DNA of 64,000 nt, taken from assembly GCA_963770895.1 (NCBI GenBank), contig CAVYRF010000001.1, positions 32,001 through 96,000 of the forward strand, in the 5' to 3' direction. The position numbers and the translations under genes are program-made. Of the stretch, positions 40,297-48,782 are shown piece by piece. The DNA comes from an uncultured Acidobacteriota bacterium. GTDB lineage: Bacteria > Acidobacteriota > Thermoanaerobaculia > Multivoradales > UBA5704. The notes under the pieces are model-generated. The model searched no databases, was not told where the DNA came from, and saw nothing but the letters and a program-made list of their open reading frames with translations. How positions within the stretch are numbered: position 1 is the stretch's first letter; each line of letters starts with the position of its first letter.

Positions 40297-40521
40297 TCAT
40301 TCGCCGCCGAGGAAGAACGTGAGCGGCTTCTTGTAGAGGCGGGCAAACTTCTCAAGCTCGGTCGGGTCGATCCGGCGCTCCCCGGACTCCACCTTGGAGA
40401 CGAAGGACTGCGGCCGGTCGAGTTCCTCGGCGACCTGTTCCTGGGTCATGCCCGCCGCCTTCCGGGCTGCCTTGAGGCGCTCGCGCATCCTCGTGTACTC
40501 GGGGGTGTGGATGGGCTTCAT
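40297..40521 (-). CDS. XRE-family HTH regulator (probable element repressor)
   Basis: LKAARKAAGMTQEQVAEELDRPQSFVSKVESGERRID. Confidence 0.9.
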   Translation of the reverse strand: MKPIHTPEYTRMRERLKAARKAAGMTQEQVAEELDRPQSFVSKVESGERRIDPTELEKFARLYKKPLTFFLGGE

Positions 40522-40567
40522 GGTATCGGGGGCCTTCCGCTTCTCGCCTCGCACTTGAAGATTCTTC

Positions 40568-40633
40568 ATCCCAGGCTCGGATAATCCCAGCATCGGATAG
40601 TGTCGCCTCCGACCGAACATCCCAAGATGGGAT
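40568..40633. promoter_or_regulatory. Three 15-bp dyad operator-like boxes ATCCCA-N3-T(C/G)GGAT
   Basis: 40568-40582, 40584-40598 and 40619-40633 (perfect dyad ATCCCAAGATGGGAT) between divergent genes. Confidence 0.7.
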
Positions 40634-40645
40634 GAAAGGAGGCAC

Positions 40646-40963
40646 ATGTCCGAGCCCGAAGCCCCCGAGCGCTGGCCCATCACCCGCTGCCGCGAGGCAC
40701 TGTGGGAGGCGGCCTGCCAAGTCCTCCTCCTGCGGGAGGAACTCGCGTCCCTCAAGGCAGTCCTGCCGCTCGCCGACGACCTGGACGAGCAGCTCGAATA
40801 TCGCCGGCCCTACGACCCGGCGACCGACATGCTCGTCGCCATCGAGACCGTGGTAGCGAACTTCCTTGCGCCTGCGCAGGCGGCCTTGGAGAAATCGGCC
40901 TCGGCGACCGAGGAGCGCCTCGGAGTCGAGTTTGAGGAGGAGGCGCGCAAATGGCGACCGTAA
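40646..40963 (+). CDS. Hypothetical helical protein
   Basis: AAAGGAGG RBS; first gene of an overlapping five-gene operon. Confidence 0.75.
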   Translation: MSEPEAPERWPITRCREALWEAACQVLLLREELASLKAVLPLADDLDEQLEYRRPYDPATDMLVAIETVVANFLAPAQAALEKSASATEERLGVEFEEEARKWRP

Positions 40964-41358
40964 GCCTTCGCCTCACGCGCAGCGAGCTGGCCCGCGCTCT
41001 CGCCATCCTCCGGGTCTCCCGCGGCTGGTTGCAGCAGGATGTCGCGGAAGCCTCGGGCCTCTCCGCGGCGCTCGTCTCCCTCGCGGAGAACAAGAACGCC
41101 GTTCCGCCCTCCACGCACTCCCTGGAACTCATGGTCGAGGCAATGGGCTTTCCGATTGCGACGCTCTCCCGCGCCCGTGACTTCCTCCGGGAACTCGACT
41201 CCGAGCTGCGCCGCGGGGATGCAGGGCGGGAAGACCCCGCCGCATGGAGGTCGGCGAGTCTCTCCCTTGAGGAGCGCGATGACGATCTCCCTTTTCCCGG
41301 ACCCCGCACGACGAACTGGTTTGGTCCGCGCTGGCCGGCGCCGAGGAGGACGAGATGA
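40951..41358 (+). CDS. XRE-family HTH protein
   Basis: LAILRVSRGWLQQDVAEASGLSAALVSLAEN; GGAGG RBS. Confidence 0.8.
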   Translation: MATVSLRLTRSELARALAILRVSRGWLQQDVAEASGLSAALVSLAENKNAVPPSTHSLELMVEAMGFPIATLSRARDFLRELDSELRRGDAGREDPAAWRSASLSLEERDDDLPFPGPRTTNWFGPRWPAPRRTR

Positions 41359-41618
41359 AAGGCGAAAGAGTCCAGACCGGCGTCCGCATGGAAAAGCGCC
41401 TGGTGAAGGTCTTGAAGGCCCTCGCCGAACTGCGGGACCTCTCGCTCGGCGATCTCCTCGAATACATCGTCTGCCGCGCCTTCGAGGGGAAGGAGCCCTT
41501 CGTCGCCCATGAGGTCGGCCAGATTGTGCAGCTCATGGGCATCTATGAGCTTGATCCCGCCCGCTGCTGCCCCCGGCGGTCGCAAGAGGAGGCGGCCCTT
41601 GAGCCCAAAGAGAGCTAA
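41355..41618 (+). CDS. Ribbon-helix-helix-like protein
   Basis: ERVQTGVRMEKRLVKVLKALAELRDLSLGDLLE; ATGA overlap with upstream gene. Confidence 0.7.
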   Translation: MKGERVQTGVRMEKRLVKVLKALAELRDLSLGDLLEYIVCRAFEGKEPFVAHEVGQIVQLMGIYELDPARCCPRRSQEEAALEPKES

Positions 41619-42243
41619 GGCGATCCCGCAGGAGGAGGGGGCGCCCTCGGATGCGGAACTTCTCGCCACCTTGATCGCCGAACCGGGCGAGGACGCGATC
41701 CCCTTGGCGAAGGCTCTCATCCTCAAGTGGGGCGATCTCTTCTCGCTTCCCTCGACCACCCGCGCGATGCTCCGGCACGACGGGCTCGCCGAGGCTCAGG
41801 CGTCCCGGCTCCTTGCCGCTTCGGAACTTGCCCGGCGCCTGGCGCGCGAGGAGGTACCGCTCAGAAGGCCGCTGAACCGGCCGTACGAGGTCGCGCGCTA
41901 CCTGGCCCTGCGCTACGCCCGACGCGATCAGGAAATCATGGGCGCAATTTTCCTCGACGGGCAGCATCGTTTTCTCTCGGACGCCGAGCTTTACCGCGGC
42001 ACCATCAACAGGGCCAGGGTCGAGCCGCGGGAGGTGCTCAGGGAGTCACTTCTGCGCGGCGCTGCGTCCGTCATCCTTTTCCATACGCACCCGAGCGGCG
42101 ACCCCACCCCGAGCAGGGAGGATGTGGACTTCACCATGCGCATCGCCTATGCCGCCTCGGTTGTGGGAGTGAACCTCGTGGACCACCTGGTCCTCGGAAG
42201 CCCGGGCCGCTACGTCTCCCTCAAAGAGCGGGGTGTCTGGTGA
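41599..42243 (+). CDS. radC: RadC/JAB-domain protein
   Basis: SDAELLA; QE...FLD; GTINRARVEPREV; HTHPSGDPTPSRED; LVDHLVLG. Confidence 0.92.
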   Translation: MSPKRAKAIPQEEGAPSDAELLATLIAEPGEDAIPLAKALILKWGDLFSLPSTTRAMLRHDGLAEAQASRLLAASELARRLAREEVPLRRPLNRPYEVARYLALRYARRDQEIMGAIFLDGQHRFLSDAELYRGTINRARVEPREVLRESLLRGAASVILFHTHPSGDPTPSREDVDFTMRIAYAASVVGVNLVDHLVLGSPGRYVSLKERGVW

Positions 42244-42530
42244 AGGTCAAGGTCATGCTCTCCATGGACCGCGGGCTCTTCGACCTGTGCCGCGCGATCG
42301 CCCGCGCCCACGGAGTGCCGCTTGACGACCTGGTAGAGGAAACCCTGCTCGCGGCATTCGTCGGGGAAGAAGCCTTCGTCCCGAGGGAGCAGGACGAGAT
42401 CGCGCTCCTCTCGCGGCTGTATCTCTTGGACCTCCAGAGGCTCGCTGAGCTGCGCCTCAAAGGCGGGATACTCACTCGCGACCGGAAACCAAAACGCCGG
42501 AGGCGGCGCACGAAAAAGAACCCCACGTAA
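42240..42530 (+). CDS. Ribbon-helix-helix-like protein (paralog of 41355-41618)
   Basis: GTGA overlap with radC stop; aligns by eye with 41355 (AFVGEEAFV...LYLLD versus AFEGKEPFV...IYELD). Confidence 0.65.
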   Translation: MKVKVMLSMDRGLFDLCRAIARAHGVPLDDLVEETLLAAFVGEEAFVPREQDEIALLSRLYLLDLQRLAELRLKGGILTRDRKPKRRRRRTKKNPT

Positions 42531-42540
42531 AGGTGGGGTT
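42519..42540. terminator. Hairpin at convergent gene junction
   Basis: AACCCCAC-GTAAAG-GTGGGGTT. Confidence 0.5.
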
Positions 42541-42560
42541 GATGGGATGGGAAAGCGGGA

Positions 42561-43706
42561 TCACTCCCGCTCGGCGTAGGAGAGAAGGCCGCTGATTCGG
42601 TACTCGAAGGAGATGCGCTCGTCGGCGTGGGGGATCGAACGGGCGAGCGCGGTGCCGCCCTGGACGAGCTGCCAGAGGGTGCGGGCGCCGCCCTCCTCGA
42701 TCTTCGCCATTTCGATCACCGCCTCGCCCTCCTTCTTCGTGAAGTGGTGATAACGGAGCCAATCCAGAACCTTGGCGTCCGAGTCGACCTCCGTCACCGT
42801 GAGGTTCGCCGCCCGCGTGAGCTGTGCCTCCACCTCCCGGACGGAGGAGTCGGCATATGCCCGCAGATGCGGCAGCGCTTCCTTCGCGAACCGCTCCGCG
42901 GCGTTCTTCTTGTGGATGATCGTAAGCTCGCGCACGTCGGTTGCGCCCCACACGATGCGGTTGTCGCAGACGAAGTTATACAAGAACGTGGTGAGCCCGA
43001 AGGTGCGGGAGCCCACCTCCGAGTTCCAGACCATGAAGCCGCGGAAGAGATTGCGCTTCACGCCATCGGCCTCGAAGGAGACCGGGTTCTGGTCGTCCAC
43101 GAGGAAGATGAAGACATCGCGGTCGGAGGCGTAGAGGGTGGTGGCGCGCTTCGGGTTCTGCGCCGCGTAGCTTGCCGCCGGCACCCGCCAGCGGCCATCG
43201 GCGTTTAGGTCTCTGACCGCGCGCACGACCTCATGGTCGTAGATGCGGCCATAGTCGGGACCGACGAGGCAGCGCAGTTCGAGATGCCGCGCGCCGGGAC
43301 CATGCTCCTCGGTGCGGCTCATGAGCTGCACCCGGCCGGATGCCGCGAGGTGCCGGAGCCCCAGGTTCAGGGCGTGGGCTGCGAAGGCGGGACCGGCGGG
43401 AACGGTCGCGATCTCGCGGAGCCACTTTGCCGGGGTATGTGCCGCCGTGGCGAGCTGGCCGAGGCTCCAATGGGTAGGGTCGAGTTCCCCCAGCTCCTTG
43501 TGCTCGACCGTGAGCTGGCCGCCGGCGACCTCGCTTCCCCGGACGAGGAGGGAGCGGGTCGTGTCGGTGCGCACCCGGCTCTGGTGCGCACGGAGGTGGG
43601 TGGCCTCGTAGAGGTCATCGAGCGACAGGTAGCGCTCGTCGTCGGGGCGGCTGAACCACTCCTTCGAGGCGCGGGTCAGGGTCTTCTCTGCGGTGAGGGC
43701 GGACAT
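42561..43706 (-). CDS. DUF932-family protein
   Basis: EWFSRPDDERYLSL, PTHWSLGQL, GPDYGRIYD, TLYASDRDVFIFLVD, FRGFMVWNSEVG and VCDNRIVWG motifs; AAGGAG RBS. Confidence 0.8.
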   Translation of the reverse strand: MSALTAEKTLTRASKEWFSRPDDERYLSLDDLYEATHLRAHQSRVRTDTTRSLLVRGSEVAGGQLTVEHKELGELDPTHWSLGQLATAAHTPAKWLREIATVPAGPAFAAHALNLGLRHLAASGRVQLMSRTEEHGPGARHLELRCLVGPDYGRIYDHEVVRAVRDLNADGRWRVPAASYAAQNPKRATTLYASDRDVFIFLVDDQNPVSFEADGVKRNLFRGFMVWNSEVGSRTFGLTTFLYNFVCDNRIVWGATDVRELTIIHKKNAAERFAKEALPHLRAYADSSVREVEAQLTRAANLTVTEVDSDAKVLDWLRYHHFTKKEGEAVIEMAKIEEGGARTLWQLVQGGTALARSIPHADERISFEYRISGLLSYAERE

Positions 43707-43764
43707 GGAAATCTCCTTGCCGGCGCGGGGGCCGGCCATTTATGCTGCTCGGGTTGGATTGGGG

Positions 43765-44007
43765 TTAGACGAGGCCGGCGAGGACGAGGGCGCTCGTGAC
43801 GGAGCGCGTCTCGCACTCCTCGCACCAGCCCTTGCGCTCGGCGGGTTCGACCTCAGAGCTGTGCGTGCAGCCAGGGTTCATGCAGATGCCGGGCACCACT
43901 TCATCCAGGGCGTAGGTCTGGATGAGTTCCGAGACCAACATGCCCCAAGTGCTCGCGAGCTGATCGAGCTTCGAGGCTTCGGCGTTCGCTTCGGCAGGCG
44001 TGGGCAT
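43765..44007 (-). CDS. Small Cys-rich (zinc-finger-like) protein
   Basis: VPGICMNPGC...EP...GWCEEC...VTSALVLAGL; AGGAGAGG RBS. Confidence 0.75.
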   Translation of the reverse strand: MPTPAEANAEASKLDQLASTWGMLVSELIQTYALDEVVPGICMNPGCTHSSEVEPAERKGWCEECETRSVTSALVLAGLV

Positions 44008-44153
44008 ACCTCTCCTTTCTCGGCGCCAGGGCGCCGTGGGTTGTGAGGGAGCTGCCGTCAGTCTGCCGAGCAGAGGAAGAAGGTGGTAGGAGGGGAAACA
44101 TTGCGGGACCGAAAAGTAGTAGAATGCGGTCTTCTCTCCGAAGGAAGGTTTCT

Positions 44154-45161
44154 ATGAGCGACGAGCCCAAGGCACCAACTGGATTCGATCCGCAGGATCT
44201 GATTCCTTTCGCCGGAGCGCGAGACGCGGTGGATGCCTTTGCCGCCGCGCTACGGGCGCACGGAATCGAAATTGCTCCCGGTTCTGACCTCGAAGCTGTA
44301 GCATTGATAGTCCGGGAGATGGACGGCTGGCGGCTCAGGCCCAATACAGCCGAGTTGAATGAAGACATTCGCGTAGATCTTCGCCGCGTGGCGGGCTTGC
44401 TCGAATTGGTGAAGCATGTGAACGCTGAATATCTCAGAACATTGACGCTAGAGCCCTTCGTTCTTCATTTGATGCTTCTCAACGAGGCGCGACAAGTTGC
44501 CCAAAACGTGCCGCAAGTAATCGACGAGGCGACCAACAAGCTCTTCGAACTGTTCCTCGGCCTTCTTTGCTCGCGGTGCGGTACCAACCTCGCACTGGAT
44601 CACCCCGCCGCGGCACGCGGCGACAATCCTGACATCATGATAGATATTGAGAACCGCCGCTGGGGCTTTGCCTGCAAGGTGATCGAAGGGCAGTCGCCTC
44701 TCTCGTGGTTCACCCTGCTTGAAAAAGGAATAGACCAGATCGAGAAGTCGGAAGCGGAAATCGGTTGCGTCGCCTTCAATCTAAAGAATCTCATTGACCA
44801 CGATGCGCTGTGGCCGATCCTTAACGAGGAGGCTTATCGCGCTGGCACAGAGCCGCCCTATTTTGGCGCATGGCCCCATACCGGCCACATTCTAGACTAC
44901 CTGAAAACACAGGCCGAGTCCCGTCGTCTTGAATTCACGAAGATGAACACGACGGAAAAGATCAGGCAGCTGTTCGTCAACAAGAAATCAATTTCAGCAG
45001 CATTGTTCTTTCTGCCAACCGCCGCATGGGTTGAAAGTGAGGCCGGCCCGCTCCTTACAACGGCGCACGTTTTTTACCTGGCAGAATTCGAGCGCATTCC
45101 CGATGCTGACTTCAGGATCTTTTTACGACTGAACGAGGCGCTTCATCATCGCGCGACTTGA
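44154..45161 (+). CDS. Hypothetical protein with PD-(D/E)XK-like motif
   Basis: NKLFEL...NPDIMIDIENRRWGFACKV; AT-richer than element backbone. Confidence 0.6.
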   Translation: MSDEPKAPTGFDPQDLIPFAGARDAVDAFAAALRAHGIEIAPGSDLEAVALIVREMDGWRLRPNTAELNEDIRVDLRRVAGLLELVKHVNAEYLRTLTLEPFVLHLMLLNEARQVAQNVPQVIDEATNKLFELFLGLLCSRCGTNLALDHPAAARGDNPDIMIDIENRRWGFACKVIEGQSPLSWFTLLEKGIDQIEKSEAEIGCVAFNLKNLIDHDALWPILNEEAYRAGTEPPYFGAWPHTGHILDYLKTQAESRRLEFTKMNTTEKIRQLFVNKKSISAALFFLPTAAWVESEAGPLLTTAHVFYLAEFERIPDADFRIFLRLNEALHHRAT

Positions 45162-45223
45162 GGTATGCGTGCGCGCTCCGCACCGCTGTCAATGCCACTC
45201 ATCTTCGCGACTCGCCCAACCGC

Positions 45224-46030
45224 CTATCGCAAGAAGTCATCGGGATTTAACGATACCCGTGTCGGCTTGTGTTTGATCTTTGACAGTTGTGTGCGACTCT
45301 TGATATTTGCCAAGAATCTGCTCGCGAGATCTACGTACCGCTCGGCGATATCCCAATATCCTGAGTCCTTCCCAAGGCCGACGCAGACAGCAATGGCTTC
45401 CCGAACGGCACCGCTCTCCGGCAATGCTGCGTAATTGAACTTGGCGTCTAGCCTCAGCAGGGTCCTTAGCTCCTCGGTCGCGTCTACTGAGAGATCATGC
45501 TTGTAGGAGTTTGACAGGAGGCGAAGCACCTCCATCGCTTGGTATTCCGTGCATGCCTTGAGTTTCAGCCGCCCCCCAATTCTTTTCCAGTCCCAATTAA
45601 TCAAGCCTACTCTGAGTTCCTCTACGCGCTCCCTATATTGCTCGCCTTCGATCTCCCTACCATCATCAGCCGCGAGCGCTGCGATCCAAACCAGTTCTCT
45701 TTCAATTTGATGGCGCAGGGTTACGAGGAACATTAGGCAGAGTTCGTTGAGTAGTGGCTCGTCGTTGAATATCCACTGATCGTAGGCGAAATCCGGATCT
45801 TCGTCCCTGAGTAGCTCCGCTCGCCGCCGCTGCTCAGTCCTAATAACGGCGGTGAGTTCTTTCAGGAGTCGCACTTCCATATTTTCCTCGCATTTCTGGT
45901 AAGTGTAGAGTAGATCGGCTATCTTGACTTTGCCGCAAGCGCTGTCCCCTCCTGAGTCAGCGACCCTCGATCGTGAGTTGAGTATGGCGTGTTGTTTATC
46001 GACAGCGAAACCTTTCTGAGTCTTTCGCAT
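45224..46030 (-). CDS. Hypothetical protein with HEPN-like R..(N)..H motif (start uncertain)
   Basis: Predominantly helical-looking sequence with LRLLSNSYKH; AT-richer cargo. Confidence 0.55.
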   Translation of the reverse strand: MRKTQKGFAVDKQHAILNSRSRVADSGGDSACGKVKIADLLYTYQKCEENMEVRLLKELTAVIRTEQRRRAELLRDEDPDFAYDQWIFNDEPLLNELCLMFLVTLRHQIERELVWIAALAADDGREIEGEQYRERVEELRVGLINWDWKRIGGRLKLKACTEYQAMEVLRLLSNSYKHDLSVDATEELRTLLRLDAKFNYAALPESGAVREAIAVCVGLGKDSGYWDIAERYVDLASRFLANIKSRTQLSKIKHKPTRVSLNPDDFLR

Positions 46031-46123
46031 TCAACAATGATGCCGCTATGTTATGCTGGTTGTATCGGATCATCTTTCCTTCTCCATATCTCTACGAGCT
46101 TGGAGAGGAGTATATCCCAAGTC

Positions 46124-46365
46124 CTAGGTATGCCCCGATACGGCCGACCAATCGATATTTTCTCGCGCTCCGCGAAGGCCCTCAGAGAGGGCCTTCGCAT
46201 CCCGATCGCCAACCCGGAAGGCGATGCGGGTGCCGGCGTTCCCGAGAAGCGCGGAGGCGACCTCGGGGGCCTTCACTTCGAGCTGGCGAAGGTCTTGATG
46301 GGCGAGGACGAGTCCCAGGCCGTACTTCCGCGCTCCCGCAAGGAGTTGCGCCATGCTCGCGGTCG
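46124..46365 (-). pseudogene. Distal fragment of IS66-interrupted VirD4/TraD-like ATPase
   Basis: SMAQLLAGARKYGLGLVLAHQ...LLGNAGTRIAFRVG continues in frame from DECQEVATA after removal of the IS and one TSD copy. Confidence 0.85.
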
Positions 46366-46418
46366 GTAACCGTTCCGGCAACTGTCCCGCCGGCCGTCCA
46401 GCGCGGGAGAGGCGGCTC

Positions 46419-47951
46419 TCAGCGAGGCGCGGTGGTAGCGGCCCAGGCGGCGGGCGCGAGCTCGTGGAGGCGGTCGGGCGAATGGCTTGGCAGGCGCTCG
46501 AAGAGAGCGCGTAGGTAGGCGAAGGGCTCGACGCCGTGGCGCTTGGCGCTCGCGATGAGGCTGTAGAGCTTGGCGGCGCGGACCCCGCCAGCGTCGCTGC
46601 CGGCGAAGAGCCAGTTCTTGCGGCCGATCGCCACGCAACGAAGAGCCCGCTCCGAGGCGGAGTTGTCCGGGCCGAGCTCGCCATCGCTCAAGTAGCGCTC
46701 GAGGGCTGCCCACTGTCGCCGCGTGTAGCCGATGGCCGTGGCCAGGGCGCTCTTCGGTAAAACCTGTCGCTCCATGTCCTCGAGCCAGAGTTTGAAAGCG
46801 TCAAGAATCTCGCGAGAGGCCTCCTGCCGCCGAGCCAGGCGTTGCTCGAAATCCAGTTCCTTGTCGCTGGCGTCGCGCTCCACCTTGAACAGCTGGCTGA
46901 TAAAGGCCAACGCCGCGTATCCGCGAGTGTCGCCAGCGCCTATCGCCGCTTCGTGAAAGTAGCGGCGGCAGTGAGCCCAACATCCCACCTCCAACACTGA
47001 GCCAGAGGCATAGAGCGCGTCGTAGCCAGAATACGCGTCGGCTTGCAGAAAGCCTTGAAAGCCCTCGAGGAAGCGCCTGGGCCCGACTCCCTCTCGGGTC
47101 GGAGTGTAGTCATAGACGACATGGGGATGACCACGGTCGCCGAGATACACCCAGAGCCTGCCCTTGTGGGTTCCACCCTGCTCGTCGAGCACCGTGACCG
47201 GCGTGTCGTCGGTCTGAAGAATGCGGGAACCTCGGAGATCGCTCTGCATCCAGCTAACCAGGGGGCTAACCAACTCGGCAGCATCGGCAACCCAGCCGCA
47301 GAGCGTCGAACGCGACAGCGTAATGCCGTGCCGACTAAAGATCTGGCTCTGGCGGTAGAGTGGCAGGTGGTCACCGAACTTGCTGACAACGACATGCGCC
47401 AAGAGTCCTGCGCCCGGAAGGCCCTTATCGATTGCACGTGGCGGCTGGGGGGCGCGCTTGATCGACTCGTCGCAGCCCTTGCAGGCGAACACGCCGCGCA
47501 CGTGCTCAATGATCTTGAACGAAGCCGGCGTATAGTCGAGCTGTTCCGTCGTCTCCTCGTGGATCTTCGTGAGCTCTTCGCCGCAGGACGCACAACAGCG
47601 CTCGTGTTCAGGCAGCAGGTGCTCGACGCGCTCTCGTGGAAGATCCTTTGGCAGCGGCTGACGCTTCGCTACGCCATGCCGGCGATGTTTGCCCGCCTCG
47701 ACCTCTTGCTCAAGCCGCTCCAGCTGGGGCTGCGAGATTCCGAGGTCTCGCATCGCTTCAAACACCAGCTCAAGCTGCCTTGGATCCAGCTTCTCCGAAT
47801 GCTTGCGGAACAGTTTCCTGAAGAGGGCGTCCACCTCTGTCTGCAGATACGCATTCTTGCGCTCAAGCCGGTCGACCGCCCCCAACAGCTGAGCGATCAC
47901 TCCTCGCAGCAGGGCCGGATCGTCCGGAAGCGTGTTCGGATCGAGGTCCAT
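46419..47951 (-). CDS. tnpC: IS66 transposase TnpC
   Basis: LF..HSEKL; CxxCG zinc finger; KFGDHLPLYRQ; QTDDTPV; LQADAYSGY; CWAHCRR; DNSASERALR..AIGRKNWLF. Confidence 0.95.
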   Translation of the reverse strand: MDLDPNTLPDDPALLRGVIAQLLGAVDRLERKNAYLQTEVDALFRKLFRKHSEKLDPRQLELVFEAMRDLGISQPQLERLEQEVEAGKHRRHGVAKRQPLPKDLPRERVEHLLPEHERCCASCGEELTKIHEETTEQLDYTPASFKIIEHVRGVFACKGCDESIKRAPQPPRAIDKGLPGAGLLAHVVVSKFGDHLPLYRQSQIFSRHGITLSRSTLCGWVADAAELVSPLVSWMQSDLRGSRILQTDDTPVTVLDEQGGTHKGRLWVYLGDRGHPHVVYDYTPTREGVGPRRFLEGFQGFLQADAYSGYDALYASGSVLEVGCWAHCRRYFHEAAIGAGDTRGYAALAFISQLFKVERDASDKELDFEQRLARRQEASREILDAFKLWLEDMERQVLPKSALATAIGYTRRQWAALERYLSDGELGPDNSASERALRCVAIGRKNWLFAGSDAGGVRAAKLYSLIASAKRHGVEPFAYLRALFERLPSHSPDRLHELAPAAWAATTAPR

Positions 47952-48336
47952 AGAATGGTTTCGTTCTATCAGATTCTTCTTGCGCCTGTCCACTCCCGCG
48001 ACGCCATCGGCGGCGCCTCCTGACAGTGGCAAGCTCGATCCCTTCAAGCACCATCACCAGGTCGGCGGCGGAGATCTCCGCTCTGTCGCCGGGATGGCCA
48101 GGAAACTCGAAGCGACCGGCCTCCAGGCGCTTATACCAAATCCACAGCCCGGAGCCGTCGAACGAGAGAATTTTCAGCCGGTCCCGACGCCGATTCCAGA
48201 ACACGAACAGAGCTCCCGAAAGAGGGTCCTCCAGCAGACGCTCGCGAACGGCTACCTCGAGGCCGTCGAACGACCGACGCATGTCAAGCGGCTCGCGACA
48301 GATCAGCACTCGCGTGGACAGCGGTAGCGTCAGCAC
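47863..48336 (-). CDS. tnpB: IS66 accessory protein TnpB
   Basis: PLDMRRSFDGL...LFVFWNRRRDRLKILSFDGSGLWIWYKRLEAGRF; GTG start overlapping tnpA stop. Confidence 0.92.
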   Translation of the reverse strand: MLTLPLSTRVLICREPLDMRRSFDGLEVAVRERLLEDPLSGALFVFWNRRRDRLKILSFDGSGLWIWYKRLEAGRFEFPGHPGDRAEISAADLVMVLEGIELATVRRRRRWRRGSGQAQEESDRTKPFYGPRSEHASGRSGPAARSDRSAVGGGRPA

Positions 48337-48710
48337 CCTGCCACCTCGAGAACGCCAAGGAGACGCCGCAACGCTACCTCGTCAAACTCTCGCGGAATTG
48401 CAAGTGCAAGCCCGTCGGGCCAACGCAACTCGAAGCCGGAGCCCAAGGCCATCGGAGATTGGTCGGCGACCCGCACCTCCGTGAACCGCGGCCCGTCCGC
48501 CTGGGCGACCCTCGACGCCGGCGGTAACCGCCGATCAACTCCAGCCCTTGAGCTCCGGAGCCGCCACTGCCACCACTGAAGCGTCGACGCCTGGATCCCC
48601 CGGCGCCGACAGAACTGAGCCCGCTCCTCTCCCGTCTCAGCAAGTTCCGCCAACAACGCCTGCCACTCGCTCGCGCCACGCCGCTTCGTGCCTCGCTTCC
48701 GCTCTGCCAT
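48330..48710 (-). CDS. tnpA: IS66 accessory protein TnpA
   Basis: EWQALL...FCRRRGI..STLQWWQWRL HTH; FTEVRV; LRRLLGVL. Confidence 0.85.
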   Translation of the reverse strand: MAERKRGTKRRGASEWQALLAELAETGEERAQFCRRRGIQASTLQWWQWRLRSSRAGVDRRLPPASRVAQADGPRFTEVRVADQSPMALGSGFELRWPDGLALAIPREFDEVALRRLLGVLEVAGC

Positions 48711-48782
48711 GTCGTACCTCCTGGCAGAGCAGAGTGCCCGATTCCGGCTCACGGCGAAAGGTACGGTTCACCGAACGCTTAC

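Larger units (their letters stand above)
46366..48782 (-). mobile_element. Complete IS66-family insertion sequence
   Basis: Terminal IRs GTAACCGTTC.../GTAAGCGTTC...; 8-bp TSD CGCGGTCG at 46358-46365 and 48783-48790; tnpA-tnpB-tnpC. Confidence 0.95.

Noticed and set aside
47863-48336. tnpB as an RNA-guided TnpB nuclease
   Set aside because: This is the short IS66 accessory TnpB, unrelated to IS200/IS605 TnpB; it has no RuvC motifs.
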